From: Pecten maximus
Taxonomy: Eukaryota
Direction of reading: 5' to 3'
Length of the DNA stretch: 64,000 bases
Assembly: GCF_902652985.1 (NCBI RefSeq)
Contig: NC_047017.1
Location: 22,444,001-22,508,000, forward strand
Shown: positions 37,301 to 52,300 of the stretch, piece by piece
How the letters are laid out: every line of letters starts with the position of its first letter
Position numbering within the stretch: position 1 is the first letter of the stretch
Made by a program: the position numbers and the translations under genes
Notes under the pieces: generated by a model
Seen by the model: the letters and a program-made list of their open reading frames with translations, nothing else
The model's database searches: none
Told to the model about the DNA's origin: nothing

Positions 37301-40300
37301 CTGACATCAGTTTTGTTTTTTCTCTTTGAAGTGTCTCACCGTTTCTTGTCAAATGTTCCTTTTCTTCCTCGTTTTTTTCCAAATCTGAAGCCAGTTTTGT
37401 TTTTTCTTCTTCTAGTCTCTTAACGGTTCCTGTCAAACTCTCATTTTCTTCCTCGTTTTTTTCCAGGTCTGAAACCAGTTGTGTTTTTTCTTTTTCAAGT
37501 GACTCAATAGATTTGGTTAAATCTTCATTTTCTTCACTGTATTTCTCCAGATTTGACTCCAGTTTTCTTTTCTTTTTTTCTAGTGACTCAACAGTTTTTG
37601 TCAAAGCTTCATTTTCCTCACTGTATTTCCCCAGCTCTGACGCCAGTTTTGTTTTTTCTCTTTGAAGTGTCTCACCGTTTTTTGTCAAATGTTCCTTTTC
37701 TTCCTCGTTTTTTTCCAGGTCTGAAACCAGTTTTGTATGTTCTTTTTCAAGTGTCTCAACGTTTCTTTTCAAACTTTCCATTTCTTCCTTGTTTTTCTCC
37801 CGATCTGACTCCAGTTTTGTTTTGTTTTTTTCTAGTGACTGAACAGTTTTTGATAAACCTTTTTTTTCTTCATCGTATTTGTCCAGGTCTGATCTCAGGT
37901 TCATATTTTTGTCTTTCAGACTCTTTGTGTCCTTCTCCAGGGTTTTTATTTGTCTATCTTTTTTATCTGCAAAGGAAACATTATGCCTATTTAGAAAACA
38001 TATACGTAACAGGAATCATACATAGTAAACAAGCCCGCCTGAACGACCAGTTGTCTTTCTGCAACAATTTATAATAAACGATTAAGGTGAAAATCGCAAG
38101 GTCGTTGTATTGTTAAGAAAAATAGTTCTGCTTCTGTGCTGATAATAATTACAACGGAGTTATCAAAACTAAGCTGCAAAAGTATACGTATGTAACAACA
38201 GACCACTTCAGAGCGGGGTAGGTACATGTTTCAATGATGTTTTGATATTCATAATCAATACGCAGGTAAATTATTGCTAGCAGTATCTTTCAAATAAATG
38301 GATAAACAACTTGTTTTATTTTTATAATGATGCTAGTTCCAGATATGGCTCTGGATTTTTTGAATGGAAATAGAAGTTTGCTATTGGATTTGCTAATATT
38401 AGGCAATGTGTAGGTGAAATACACAAATAGTATGTCCCTGTAAATATGCAAGGTAACCTGGGGTCCATTACGGATACAGTACATATTTTCAATTGAATCC
38501 TACATAACAACGGTTTTCAGTTTTGTTAAATACCCAATGCAGTACCTCACCAGCAAAACCTGTTTGGAAGTCAGTAGAGTGTCTGCGGTCAAAAACGACT
38601 TTACAATACGATTCACTGAGAGCGTCGTCTCAGTAACCCTTGGCATACAAGGTCAGGTGTGATTACCGTAGTCGCTTCGTAAGAAGCCCTGGGTTTACAG
38701 GTAAAATAAATCTGAACGGATATTTTATTTCAGAAGTGTGGTCATGAACCTTAATGTTGACTTTGAATGACTATACATAATAAAATAATAAAACAATTCT
38801 CAGATTAATGCATTAATGAATGCTCCCTTTCATATACGTCCCGATATACGTATGCGTATACGTAAGCGGCTTAATTTTGAAAACTTTATTGTAAATATCC
38901 CTCATATAAATTTTTTACCAGTTCGGTTGACATTAATTTATTGTACACAGTGATTTTCTTTTAACTGCACTGATTTTTTGTTTTTGTTTTTGTTTTTTTC
39001 TTTTCTCTTTTTTTTTTACAGACTTTCTTATTATTCAAATCAGATACGTTCATAGGGTTAACTGCTGTCCTATTACAGCGCGCAACAAAATATCCCCTGT
39101 GTAGGCACAATCCACTAATTTAATGTGCTTTCAACTAAGGTCTAAACGATTTAACAACTGGTGTTTCTCTTCGAATTCAGAGAATAATAAAACTGATTAG
39201 TATCAAATGTCATCCTACAAGTCTTTATCCTACGGACATAATAAAAACAAATATAAAATCTAGTTTCGAAATGTACACTGTAAAAAATAATATGATATCA
39301 AACTAAAGCCTTGGAACTGTTGATACTGGTTTTCACACTTGAAATATATTAATTAGTTTTATATGAACTTTTGAGTGCCATCGTTATCATTTTGATATAT
39401 TACAAATTTTGTTCACATTTACAATGTATATTTTAGTATTTGTCAGGGAAACATCTCTTGTAATGATGATTATATATTAATTCATGATTAACATTGGAAT
39501 GTAATGGGAATAGCAAAGGCTTTATTCGTGAATTAATGAATCTATTCAACTTTTACCTATAATGAATTTTGGTTGTTTCTTATTGGTGTGATCCTCATAA
39601 TTTTAATCAAAATTGACTTCAATTTTTGAAGACGTTCGGGTAAAATAGGATATGTGTTTTGTTAGATACCTTAAAAGCTTGCCCAGCTGTCTTTCTAGGA
39701 CAACCACGTGACTAAGAGAAATGGCTTGTCAATAACTGTAACGATCGCTGCTATCACGTGGTAGAGAATATAAAAATGTGCATAATATATATTGAATTCA
39801 AAATTTGGAATAATCTTCTCCTTACACAGAATTTTATCATAATTTATTTATTTTACAAAATATCTAAAAAATATGCCACTTTAATATCAATCAATACGCT
39901 GGGTAAAATATCACATATCTTACCAAGAGTGTTATACAAATCTCTGTTCTTGGACTCCAAATCTGTCAAATTCATATTTGACGTCGTTTTATTTTCTTTT
40001 AATTTACCGACCTTTTGCTCGAGTCGTTCACATTCTTCTTTCAACGAGCGTACCTCGTCATTTTTCGAATCTGTTAATACAGGAATATTTCCATGACACT
40101 CCATTGTTATTTACTCTGGCACATCATTTATATATATATATATATATACCATTAAAAACAGGGAAATTTAATGAGTTTCAATCCATCATTGGATGTGACA
40201 TTATATACCAAGAATGTGCCAATGTTGGTGTAAATGTGAAAAGAAATCAGGAATATCACTGACTTCAATGGGTGATATCAGTGGATCAATCTAAGTGAAC

Positions 40301-43300
40301 CCACACACCAAGTTAGATGAACCCATGTTTCATGTAAGAAGTTCCATTGACCAGTAATGCCAGCGATCATGCCTAAACGATATTTCTTGATGTAGGTGGA
40401 AGGTAAATATGAGTCAGACTGACCTACTTTTGATACCTCGAATACCTATTCTAGGTGGGCATGTGTCCCAAATATGAAGTTCCAGTGACAAGAAGGCCGA
40501 AAGACATTTTCTTTGATGGAGGTCATAGTTGAAAATGTAGGTCAGAATGGCCTATGTTTATTCCATGCCACTCAGCATAACCCAATCCAAACTATGCCCT
40601 AAATATGAAGTTCCAGAGACCAGTAGTGTAAGAGACAATGTCCAGACAAGATAAAACGCAGACGGACGGACACGACCCAAAACTATTGCCCTGTCCTCCC
40701 GGTTGTCGATGGAGGACTTATAACATTCACATTATAAATAAGTTGCGTACAAATATCACATATCTTACCAAGGGCATCACGCAAATCCCTGTTCTTTGAC
40801 TCCAGCTCCTTTCCCCGACTTTCGAGAACCTTCATATCCTGTTTTGATGTTTTCTTTTCTTCTTTTAATGTACCGATCTTTTGTTTGAGCCCTTCACAAT
40901 CATCTTTCAACGAACGTACCTCCTCATTTTTCAAAACTGTTAATACAAAAATATGTCCATTGCATTCAATAGTTATATACTCATGCGAACGATGTTATAT
41001 ATCGATACTTTTCCTAGTAACAATCATATCAACAGTTCAAACATACCTTTTATAATTGTTTGATATGGAAACAAAACAAGAGACCCATGAGCTTAAAAGT
41101 TTTAATCATGTTACAATCTATGTATGCAAAGGATACTTATAACAAGTGCCTATATAAATAATAGTAAAGTTAAGTCCCTCCCAACAGTCCAATATTGAAA
41201 CAAATAATGCTACAAATGTGATTTCCTATATAAAGTATTGCAAAGTTCACTCCCTCCTCAGAGGAAAACATGAAGCCCAGTGACCATGACATTTACAATC
41301 GAAATAATCTAATAGAGATCCTTTCATGCATGAAAAATATTTAATTCTACAATATCTTGGTCGTGGGAAAATGATATTTGAAATTTCACTTCATTTGAAC
41401 CCTTTTTGTTTCACTTCCTAGGCCTGATGTTTAAGACTTATCATTTACAATTTTGGTTGGTCATTTGCAATTTTTATAAAATCTCATCTCAAAGGGTTCA
41501 AGAGCTTTTGAAATGTCGAAAATATCAAAATGGTAACGTCGGACTGGAAAAAGGTCACTGAGCTTCCCTTATGTGACCTCAAATATTAATGTGCGAAATG
41601 TTTGATTAACTGAGAAAAACTCAAAATATTCCCTTTTTCGCTCGGTTTCTTCAAGAAAAAATGCTTTTAACGAAGGAACGCAATGGTCAGATTTAGTTCT
41701 TTTCTTCGGAGGCTTTAAAGTATACTTTTGATTTACGAAATGATAGCCACTTTGTATGAAAAATAAACTAATGCAGAATGCGTCACACCTTCGCCGATCA
41801 GTACTCAATGTCGTACTTGAAGGTAGCCGACTTATCATAAATATTACCCCCTTTCACGTTTTAGACAGCGGTAAATACAGATATCACCACTATATTTTCT
41901 ATATTTTTTTCTGTGCCCGGAATTAAAAAGAGGACAGCTAAATCTACTGTCGCGCAATATCAGATAAAACATCTTCAACGAACGAACGGCTCCCCCGACC
42001 GAACAGCAGATGAAGACAGCCATGGACGCTTATAAAACTAGAAAAACCATCTTCGACCAATATTTCGTTTCATGGATAATCTACAGGAATAAACAACGTT
42101 ACCATTGTTTTCTTTCAGAACAACATGATCCCCTACACACGACTGAGCCATACTTTACCAGAATCACATGTCCATTAAATCATCCACATTCGCAGATAGC
42201 GATAGTGTAAGAGACTTTCCCAATTCAACCGGTTTGATAAGCAAAGTATTTGCACTAACCTACTTCGCCCTGTAAAACTGAAATTGTCGATGTTAACGTG
42301 GTGATATGACTTCGCAAATCTGTTATTTGCTGTTCATGGTCCTTTTGTTTTCTTTCGCTCTCTTGTTCAAGGTTTTGTAAACTTTTTTGGAGCTGTTCAT
42401 TCTTCTCTTGAAGTAGTTTGGTTTCTCTCGTTATATTTTCCTTTTCGATCTTCAGTAGGCTTAGTTGATCGTCATCAGTGTCTGTATAATATGGACATGT
42501 CATATTTTAATTGGCTCTCATCACATATACATGTATATCATAGACATATTTGTTGGGCAATCAAGTGTGACCGTTTACTCTGTAATCCTGATCAAAGACG
42601 ACAAAAAATAAGCTGCGTTTAATTAATATGTTGTAGGGTTCATAATATGTCTTATACATATGATTTTAATGTTTCAAAATAATCAAAAGATGTATATACA
42701 CATGTACGCTAAAATCATATTTAAGATGTTTAACTGGATTTAAGGATGTTAAAGCCTGACCTTTTCTCCTGAAATATTTCCCGATGACCACCATAATCTG
42801 GTATGGTTTTACTAATGATCAGAATCTAAGAAATGTCAGCCATTTTGTCCACATGAGAGAATTGATATTGCTCGTAGAGTTAAACACGTAACTCAATTTA
42901 CCACTTACCTGGCATGTTCCATTATGTAAATAAATATCATAAAACACCTTTGCGACATCACTGGTGATATATGACATCAAAATTTATCTATGTTATCGCA
43001 TGATTGTAGAAAATTTGCCTGACCAATATAGAAATTCATTCGACGGCTTTCAGACACATTATCATATACATGTATATGAAAGCACTCGTGGCTATGTCAA
43101 ATGGTAATATTGAACAAGTTTGATACATTTTCATAGGATAAAGTCATTGTGAGATCATTTGTATGTACCAAATTAAAACAAAATCACACAGCAAGTAAAT
43201 TTTAGGTGCTGTCAAATACGGCCATCTTTGAAGGTGAAATCGAAACAAACGGCATAATGTTGTATTGAGATGGCCATACACCTAACTTAAAAACTTAAAT

Positions 43301-46300
43301 TTTCAGTTTAGCACTAACAAAAAAGTTGATTAATCATATGCATAGCCGCTATTATATGATATATGAAGTGTTATCAATCCTATGATGATAATCATCTCAT
43401 ATAAAAAAATTGTAAACTTTACAAACTCCTTATAAACAATACTTTATCGCTGAAAAAATGCATAGCCGCCATCTTGTTAGATAGAAAATTAATTGTTTAG
43501 TTCATATTGTCTGGATTCACGTGATTACCGAATACGACAGCCAACAAAAAAATATTTTAATTACAATAAAAACAAATTTGCGTTTAACGTCTTCGGGATT
43601 ATTATGCTTTTCTATATAATGCTTTTGTATTGTATAACATGGACATATATTTCCTAATATTTATATAAAAAACATGTTTAAAATATAAGATACTTACCCT
43701 GTGATCTATTTCTGTCCGATCGTTTGTTGTTCTCGTCTTTAGTTTCTTTTTGTCCATTAAGGTCTAGCTGCAGGCAACTTTCCCCCTTCTGGATTGAATC
43801 CAATTGCTCTGTTGTCTGACCCGTTTTTACAAAGGACATGCGTTCCATCTGCTCCTTTGTAATACCTTAAAGGATTTATATTGAGCTGGTCTTATATTGT
43901 TGTGATTACCTAGCAAAAATGTCATGTCTACATTTGAGAATAAATAATACTTTAATACAGCTATTTCCAAATAATATTAGCCAACAATATAAGCAAGAGG
44001 CCAAAACGGTCATTTGACGTTAACAGACCCTCGTGCTATTCAATTTCAACATATTTTATTGACTGATGTTAATATCAATATAGGATTGGACATCAGGCAG
44101 AGCCTATATAAGTCCTCTCCTTACATTTAACAGGTAAACAAACTTAAACATATTTACATACAACAAATATGAACTATATAATAAGAAGGGAGGTATCTTC
44201 ATAGATTGTTTTGATTTTTGCATGAGATGATTGAATTTTTGTGGTAAGACGTATAGATATGCCTAATTGGTCAAATTGAGCTTATTCCCCCAACAGCTAC
44301 AGGCCGACAGTCCATATGCATGACACTCGTGCTATCGTAGTATACACACTCAGTAGAAGTATAGTGATAGATAAGAAGCTTGGATTGCAGACCGTCCCCA
44401 ACAAAATAACAACAATTGATAAGGGCCATCTCAGGAAAGCTAATGCTGAAGGGAATTTGAGAAGACGTTTAAGATGTATGTTGTTCAGAAAACCCATGAT
44501 TGTGCAATCATGTTACAAAAAGACCGCCATTGATGTCGTGTCAACATTTTCACGAGGACGATACATAACAACACTTTGTTTGTTCCCCTTCCTTAATATT
44601 GCTACCACTTTTAAGGTCGATGGCACCAATAGAACTGGAGAAGAAGTCTAAAATTAGTTTTTCAACATGGCGGTAATAGTCGCCAGCTTGGATGTCGGAC
44701 TGACCAAAAAGATAACAACACTTGGTCAAGGCTATCTCAGGATTATTTCAGGACAGTTATAGCTTAATCCCACTGGTGGAACTTGTGAAGAAAAGGTAAT
44801 GTTCAGGAAAACCTTGATTACGCACGGCGCACACAGCACGACGGCTATAAGTGAAGCTGACCTTGGGGTCATATGGAAATTCGCTTTCATATTTTTGTGT
44901 GTTACAGCTCCCTAACATAAAGGAATATATATTAAAGTTAATCCTCATTTAAACTGTGCATCAAATACCCTAAGGTCAGCCTGCCATATTTCTGAGCATT
45001 GTCAAACTGAATTAAAATGTACGTATTCTGGACAAAAAGAAGATAAATGTATCAAGGAAAACATACTTAAAGTGCTATTAAGTTATGTAGATACAATTGT
45101 TTCCTGGCTTCAAGCGAACATTTGTTAAGAGGTAAATTACCACAGAATTTAACAAATTTTCTATTATATTAAAATGTCCAATAGAAACATCCATTAGAAC
45201 AGTAAGAATTAATTATATTAGTATATGGCTCATTTTTCAATACATATGCATACATCAATACCTATCATTATATGAGGGCCCGACATACGTGATAATCCTG
45301 TGCTTTATCCAAACTGAATAATTAGAAAGTAAATAATCTGTGCTTGGAAATATCATCCAATATAATAGTAGAGTACTTTTACTTACGAAGGGCTCGATCT
45401 AAATCACGGTTTGTATTGGCTAGTGTCTCTTTCGCCTCTTTAAGTTTCCGGATGTCTTCTTCGTAACAGGTTTTCTGTATCTGATAGTCTTGTTTCAGTT
45501 GGTGTATCATGCGATCTCTTTCACCTTTAGAAATAAATTACTTTCACCTGATCGTTATGCCATATTGAATCTATGGTGGCGTATTTCTGCAATTGGGTTA
45601 ATTTAAGTCATGTTACCGAAATATCACCTTTGGAGATAATTATGGCTACAGATACTATTATTTTATATTACTGGCGCAAATTTCAACAAAATTCATGACG
45701 TCATATCGCCTTATATGACATAATATTCCCTGTTTCCTTATATTAGCACCGAATTAGACCTTGCTCTGTAGTGTTTTTAAACTGTAAGGTATATTTGCAC
45801 ATTGCAGTTTATCACTTTGTAAAAGTTGGGACATTTCTGAGACAATCTCTGGAAACGAAGTCGTTTGTCTGAAAGATAACGTGTGCGGTCAAGTCCACGA
45901 GTCTATTAGAATTTAAAAGTTTGAATATATTTCAATTCATTCCGTGACAAAAAACCCATGTACATAAACAAAGTATACTGGAGCATTTGGTCTCCTTTAG
46001 GCGCCGTAAGATATTTCGACGGAATGGATCGGTTATAGAAGTCGCATGTATGTTGGACAGACGTCGGATGTACGGACTTGTGATTAGTATAGGCAATAAA
46101 ATACGGACCCGAATAGTCCCTGGGGCGTTAAACTAGCCATCTCCCATTTTGCCTCGACATGGACCACCGACACAGACATTAGCACGTACACAACTAGAAC
46201 CTGCATTCGATAGATGGTACATGAAACATACGATACATTGTACGGGATACATGATGAATGGTGTGTGATACATGCGATTCATGGTACTGGATACACGATA

Positions 46301-49300
46301 CTCGATACGGGATACACGATGCATGGTAAGTTTTACACGAGCTACATGGTACATGATGCACATAATACATTGCACGGGGTATATGTTACTTGGTAAGGGG
46401 TATATCGCAAGGGAACACGATAATGCTACGGGCTAATAGAATACTTTTGACCTTTTCAGAATGTTTTTTCGTGCAAGTTTGACATTGATAATTGCTTTTA
46501 AATTCCTTCGTAATGTAATCTCTGCATGTATGTGTTGTTGTATGTGAGCTTTGTGTATAATGTGTAATTATGTTACTTAAGGTATTTTGGTGTTTTTTTT
46601 TTATAGAAAAATCGCTAATTAGATTATTTTCATTAACATTTTGTAAAACTGCAAAAAAAATCAAAAAAATCAGAGCATCGTAATAAATGAAACTTACATT
46701 GGAAATACTGAACACTGAACTCCAGCCCCCCTGTTGACGATTACACAAGTTTTTACCGTCATCGTGAGTCGTACAGAGTGTTGTGGGCTACCGACGATGG
46801 GTTTTTACCTGATCACGTGGACATTTACGCGAATTTCGCGTACTGCCCTTCGATACATGTAAATCAGCATAGGCAATGAATTCATTAAAATGTGTGTACT
46901 GTCATGATAGGATAAATTTAAAATATATATAAATATATTGACATCTATGTAGCATTTGTAAGCAAATATATATCAAAAAGTTACTTCAGTAGACCGTCTT
47001 CTGAAATTGTCCTGAAACACGCGTATACACGGAGTAGGACATGCATAACATGCACTTGTTTACATGGATGTGATTTTTCTTTGGAATGAATATGATACGT
47101 AACAAAGATTAATGATCATATCAAAATTATATGTTTGACTACAAGGGAGCATAACGATTTCCATAGTGATAAGGACATACACATCTGTACCTCTATCACA
47201 CACAAAATTAACCATATTTACCTTAAATGTATAAACCAATAATGTTTTATGATATATATATAATCGTATGTATTACCCTCTTCCTAACGTCAAATTGTAT
47301 GTAGGTCGTGATAATACTCTGTTTTTGAGTATAGCCATATCCATCTTATGTATAAGGAGAGATTCCAAAGTCCATATATATCATATGTATCACACACGCA
47401 CGCATACACGTCCGCATATATTGATTACGAATTTGTGTCAAGTCCTTCTGCTACCATGCGTGTACATCATGCTTGAGAACATCAAACCTGTATATTAATA
47501 TAATTTAAGATTTATTAAGTTTTTCTCTCGAGACATCCCTCAAATGTCAAAGTACGTGCCGGTGTCCTCATCAGGCAAAATGGGAGTATTAGTAGGAACA
47601 TTAAAAGAAAAATGTATTTAAAGCAACAATAAAAGCAGCGATTGTAACGAATGCGATTGTATTTAAGAAAACTAATGAAATAGAAAATATTTCCATTCTA
47701 AGTAAAATGCAGATGAGGTGTACTCCTCCATAACACAACGGACTTAAATTCTCAGAAGTATCCAAGATTCCTCATGTATACAAAAACTTGTGAAACAGTG
47801 AACACGTCAATATCATAATCAAAACGTTAGACAGGTGATGTATGGTGTATTGTTGTACATAACAAAATTAACAGTGTTACACCAAAATAAAGAATAAACT
47901 TTTGTGTGCTTATATCTTTTATCAATAAACTAGGGTATTCAGTGTATATTTAGAATATTTATTAAGAATTTAGATATTATTTGTTATTATTTTCGTTGAC
48001 CTAAATATGGACATATTGTCTGCAATCTGTTCCCTTGATCAAAGTTTATCCACCATATTAATTTGGACATACATTTAAATGCATACGTTGTATGCACCTT
48101 GTTAACACATGCAATTCAGAAAACATGACTTGTTTTAGCTTGCATTTCCTGTAAACCAGTGTTGAATGATTTCTTTCTGGCAAAACACAGCTAGGATTTA
48201 TAAATAAGATTAAGGAATTGTTGTGTTTCTGCTACAATATACGTGTTTTAATTAAAACATGATCTCCATCGATTTAAACTGTATTTATTCTTATGACATC
48301 AACCGTTATTACGTCGCAATTTTCCGACTCCTGCCAACTGAACAATATGATGATAACACTCATTTAAATGTGTATTCTAATTTAGAGTACCTTTCAGAAG
48401 TTAGATTCAAAATAAATGTGTGAAATCAACAATGAATTATGTCGACCTGTGAGTGAAAATGAGTGAATGAAGAAGTTATTGATAATAACAATGAATATAT
48501 TATACTATAGGAATATAATTTCTAGATCATACATTTTGAAAAGCGTGTTTTACCTGCCCTAATCTATTAGTGTATTACATGAAACGTTTGCTGTGTATAA
48601 TATTTAGTTATTTTCATGATTGATATGGAACCATATTGAGAAATATTTCCATACTTCAATGCACGCGCACACCCACCCACCCATACCTTGAAAATATATA
48701 TACTGTTCTTTGTCGTTGCGGATAAGCTACTATTCATTAAAATGAAAAAAAGATATATTCCTAAAATGAGCATAAAATCTAAGTTATACATCAAATTACG
48801 CTTAGTTTTATATAGGTTCACCTACAGCACCGGTATGGCGTTGAAATATATGATTTACCTACCGATTGTGAACATTTCTTGCTCTAGACGATTTTGCAAA
48901 TTTTGTAATGCTTCCTTCTTCTTTGCGACTTCACTTTCTAAGGTATATATGTTTCCTTCTGTAATTTTACAAAGTACATGGCGTTTGGTATCAAACGTGC
49001 TATGTTATTACAGGCTGTAAATAAAAGGTTTGTGTATAAAATACTTTTCCTAATATCATAAAAAAATCATTGAAAATATGTTTTAGATCATAGCTCTATT
49101 AGTACACCACCACACAACAACATGCATACAAACACCATGTACATAATCTTGGTTTAGTGGTGACACCGTCGTTACAAAAACATAGATACATTTTCCCCTT
49201 GAATATGTCATGTCAAAATTGAAGGCATATAACTTGCTATTATTTGGTGTCAGGAAAAAAAAATCTCTGGCCCATTGTTTAGCTGTTTTTGATTAACACA

Positions 49301-52300
49301 GGCATTTTAACAGGTTATCGACCTAAATATTTGTTTGATGTACATTAACTGATAAGTGAGCTTTTTCCTTTAAACTTTTGCTATGACATATTCTAGAGAT
49401 GAATAGAGCAAATGTGAACACAATCCCTGGATTTTCGAAGATGCTCTCTCTCATGATGATGATGATCTTCGAACAAGGACAAGATTTTATAAACATATGC
49501 ATGTTACTGAATAGAACTGACCCAAACCGATATATATCATAGTCTTTGAAGTAAAGGAGTACACATACCATTCAATTCTTCGGTAGGCCTTTAGTGTTCC
49601 ATTTTCCTTACGCAAGGTTTTTCGTTCCGACTGAAGGGCTTCAACTTCCTTTTTCAATGTATTATTCTTTTCTTTAAGCTTCCACAGTTCTTTGTCTTTG
49701 CTTTCTGTTTTTGTTAGTAAAACAATGAGAATATCAATGCAGTCTATATGTTACTTTGATCGGTAAAAAAACCCAACAACAACAAAAAAAATAAAAAAAA
49801 ACATTTAAAAACTATCTTCTACAAAATCAGGGCATTTTTAAAAAGAACTGCAAACTCTTGCTGGGAAATTGCATTGAGCAGCGTTTGTAAGTTTCGGTGT
49901 TCATTTTTTTCTTGAGCAGAATCATCAATGCTATTTGCATAAACCTCACGAGATCCGTATTGCTGGTAAGATTTGACAAGGCAAAGATTGGTGGCTACAA
50001 TTTATATCCACTTTCGATGGAAAGTCAGTGTTGTTGGAAAACTGTCCTCTCACTGAAATCCACACACAGATGCCTGTTCGGAAAGAGGACTGTGTGTGGT
50101 ATTATTGGTAAAGCGGTAGCAGGATTTCTCACAGGCGCTTGGATAGAATTTTTTTTTTGATATGGCAGTGGTATATGTACTGTGGAAAGACTAAGGTTGG
50201 CAACTCCACCACTAGCGAAACGGCATCCCATCTCACTTCAATCGACTAAAAATACATGTATTCCAATTGACACGGTGCGGCCGTCATCAAGAAACATACA
50301 TCATTAAACCTACCGTGTACCTACAGTACGAACTGTTATATCGAAAACAAAATAATCCGTGAAAACATCAAAGAATTCCTCCTTCGGGACACCATTTTGC
50401 GAACTGCTCTCTCAGCCTGTGCAGATTCCTCATTTACATATGGGGTTGAAAGGTCATGCGTTTAAAAATCGACTGTCGACAGGTGACTCTTTTGGCCATC
50501 TCGGCATAATTTATTTTACAGGTGCTAGGACGTCGTTTGTGAGAAAACGGATGACTCAGCATGTTTGCATGTTAGTGATGAGATCGTCATTTCCTTTTCT
50601 CCAACTGAATCATTTTGGTAGTTGCTAAAACTTTTGTATTCGAATAATTGCATGTTACGGTGTCACCGTGTGTTTTTAGTCGAAGTGAGGTGGTGTGCCG
50701 TTTTGCTCGCGACGGAGTTTTCGGCCTTGTACTTTACAACATGCAAATAGAACTGCCATATCAAGTTTCTTTAAAATCATATTTTCTATGAAAGCGTCTA
50801 TAGGATTTTTCAGATATACTGCCCCTTTAAACACTTTAAAGGGGGGTTATTTGCCGCAATCATCCACGTGACTAGATGGGTACTTTTGTTTTGCAAAATC
50901 GGCGTGTACATCACGTTCTTTCAATATTTCGTACCATCTTTTCTCTCTATGTTTATTACAATTATCACATCACAGCGAACCATACACCTGGTAAGCTTAA
51001 TTTCACAGCTGATACTGTCTGCCATTTGAGTTAAAGGCACTCATTCTCGTTAGCCACAACTTGCAAATCAGTTTAATCTCACGGCTCACATGTACGTTCC
51101 CTTTTCCCTTCCTTAAAGAGCCATGCTACTCTGGATGCATACAATCGACCATTTAATTCCATCATTTATCTGTTAGCAAAAGATAGAGGCCTCGAACATG
51201 CACCTGTTCAACTGTTTAGGGACAAATATTGGCAGAACTGTCCGAGGTTGTAATTCAGAAATAACTGCTGTGCCTTACGTCAGGGTCTCTCGGGGCCATA
51301 ATGCTTACAGTGAACATTCATTTAGTATCATTGTTCACGACAAATATATTATGCTGTCTTAATCAATATATACCTAAAATTATAGAGTCTCATTAAACAG
51401 TGAACAGACAGACCAATGTACATCAGGAGTCTGGTTTGCTTTACAACTGCTACATGGGAGACCATTGGTGTTGTGGAAACACCAACCCCAATAGTCCAAA
51501 TAATGTTCCCCCACAATACAGCTATTGGCATCCCTGGTTGATAAGACCTACTCATGTGTAGAACACGATGATGAATGCTATGGTTTGATTATGAATTAGA
51601 TTTGCTGTGGGGGGCTTCGAAATATCTTGAATTCATTTTTTTTTTATTGCAGAAATGGTAAAATATGACATGACCACTGACCGTTTACCATTAAGACTGA
51701 CCACCAGATAATTGCTCCAGAGTAGAACTGGATAATGTATGAACCAAATGAATGAATCATGTTCAATTATCAAACACAAGTATGATGATTACAGAAATCT
51801 CGCATCAGTATTAATTGGCTTATGTTTTACGGACATAATGAAGTTAAAAAAAATATATCATGTTCATAGTTTTTGTGGTATCTTGTAAACAGGTCCGTTA
51901 AAAGTAACGTCAACTGTTCAGTGACAAAAATACATGTATACCATGCAAGCTTTAAATCACATCCCACCAAAATACATGCATCGATTCTGTTGCAAATATA
52001 AACAACTTTGATATTAATTCATACGTACCAATCGTATCTTCCAATTTCTGGATTTCTTCAGGAAGCTTTGGGAAGATTCCTTTCAAACTATCAGTCACTG
52101 CATTCACGTCCGATGAAATGGTTTCCTTCTCTGTATTATATGTATTATAAATGCAATGCTTGAAAAATCATCATTTTAATGGAGTAGTTATTTAATATAT
52201 TGTTCATAATGCATCATTCTTCTATTATGTTTCAGGAGAATATTCAAGCATTGATGTCATTTTTTTTAGTTTCATCGGGGTAGTAGCGGATTCTTACAGA

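Noticed and set aside
36248-38074. Plus-strand F/L/S-rich ORFs (271, 173, 68 aa)
   Set aside because: Antisense shadows of the E/K-rich coiled-coil exon.
46210-46385. ORFs over GATACAC/GATACAT-rich sequence
   Set aside because: Degenerate short-period low-complexity repeat.
49569-49704. Apparent frameshift suggesting the coiled-coil gene is a pseudogene
   Set aside because: An internal phase-1 donor (C|GTAAGG, exon end 49612) restores the frame and a continuous heptad pattern.
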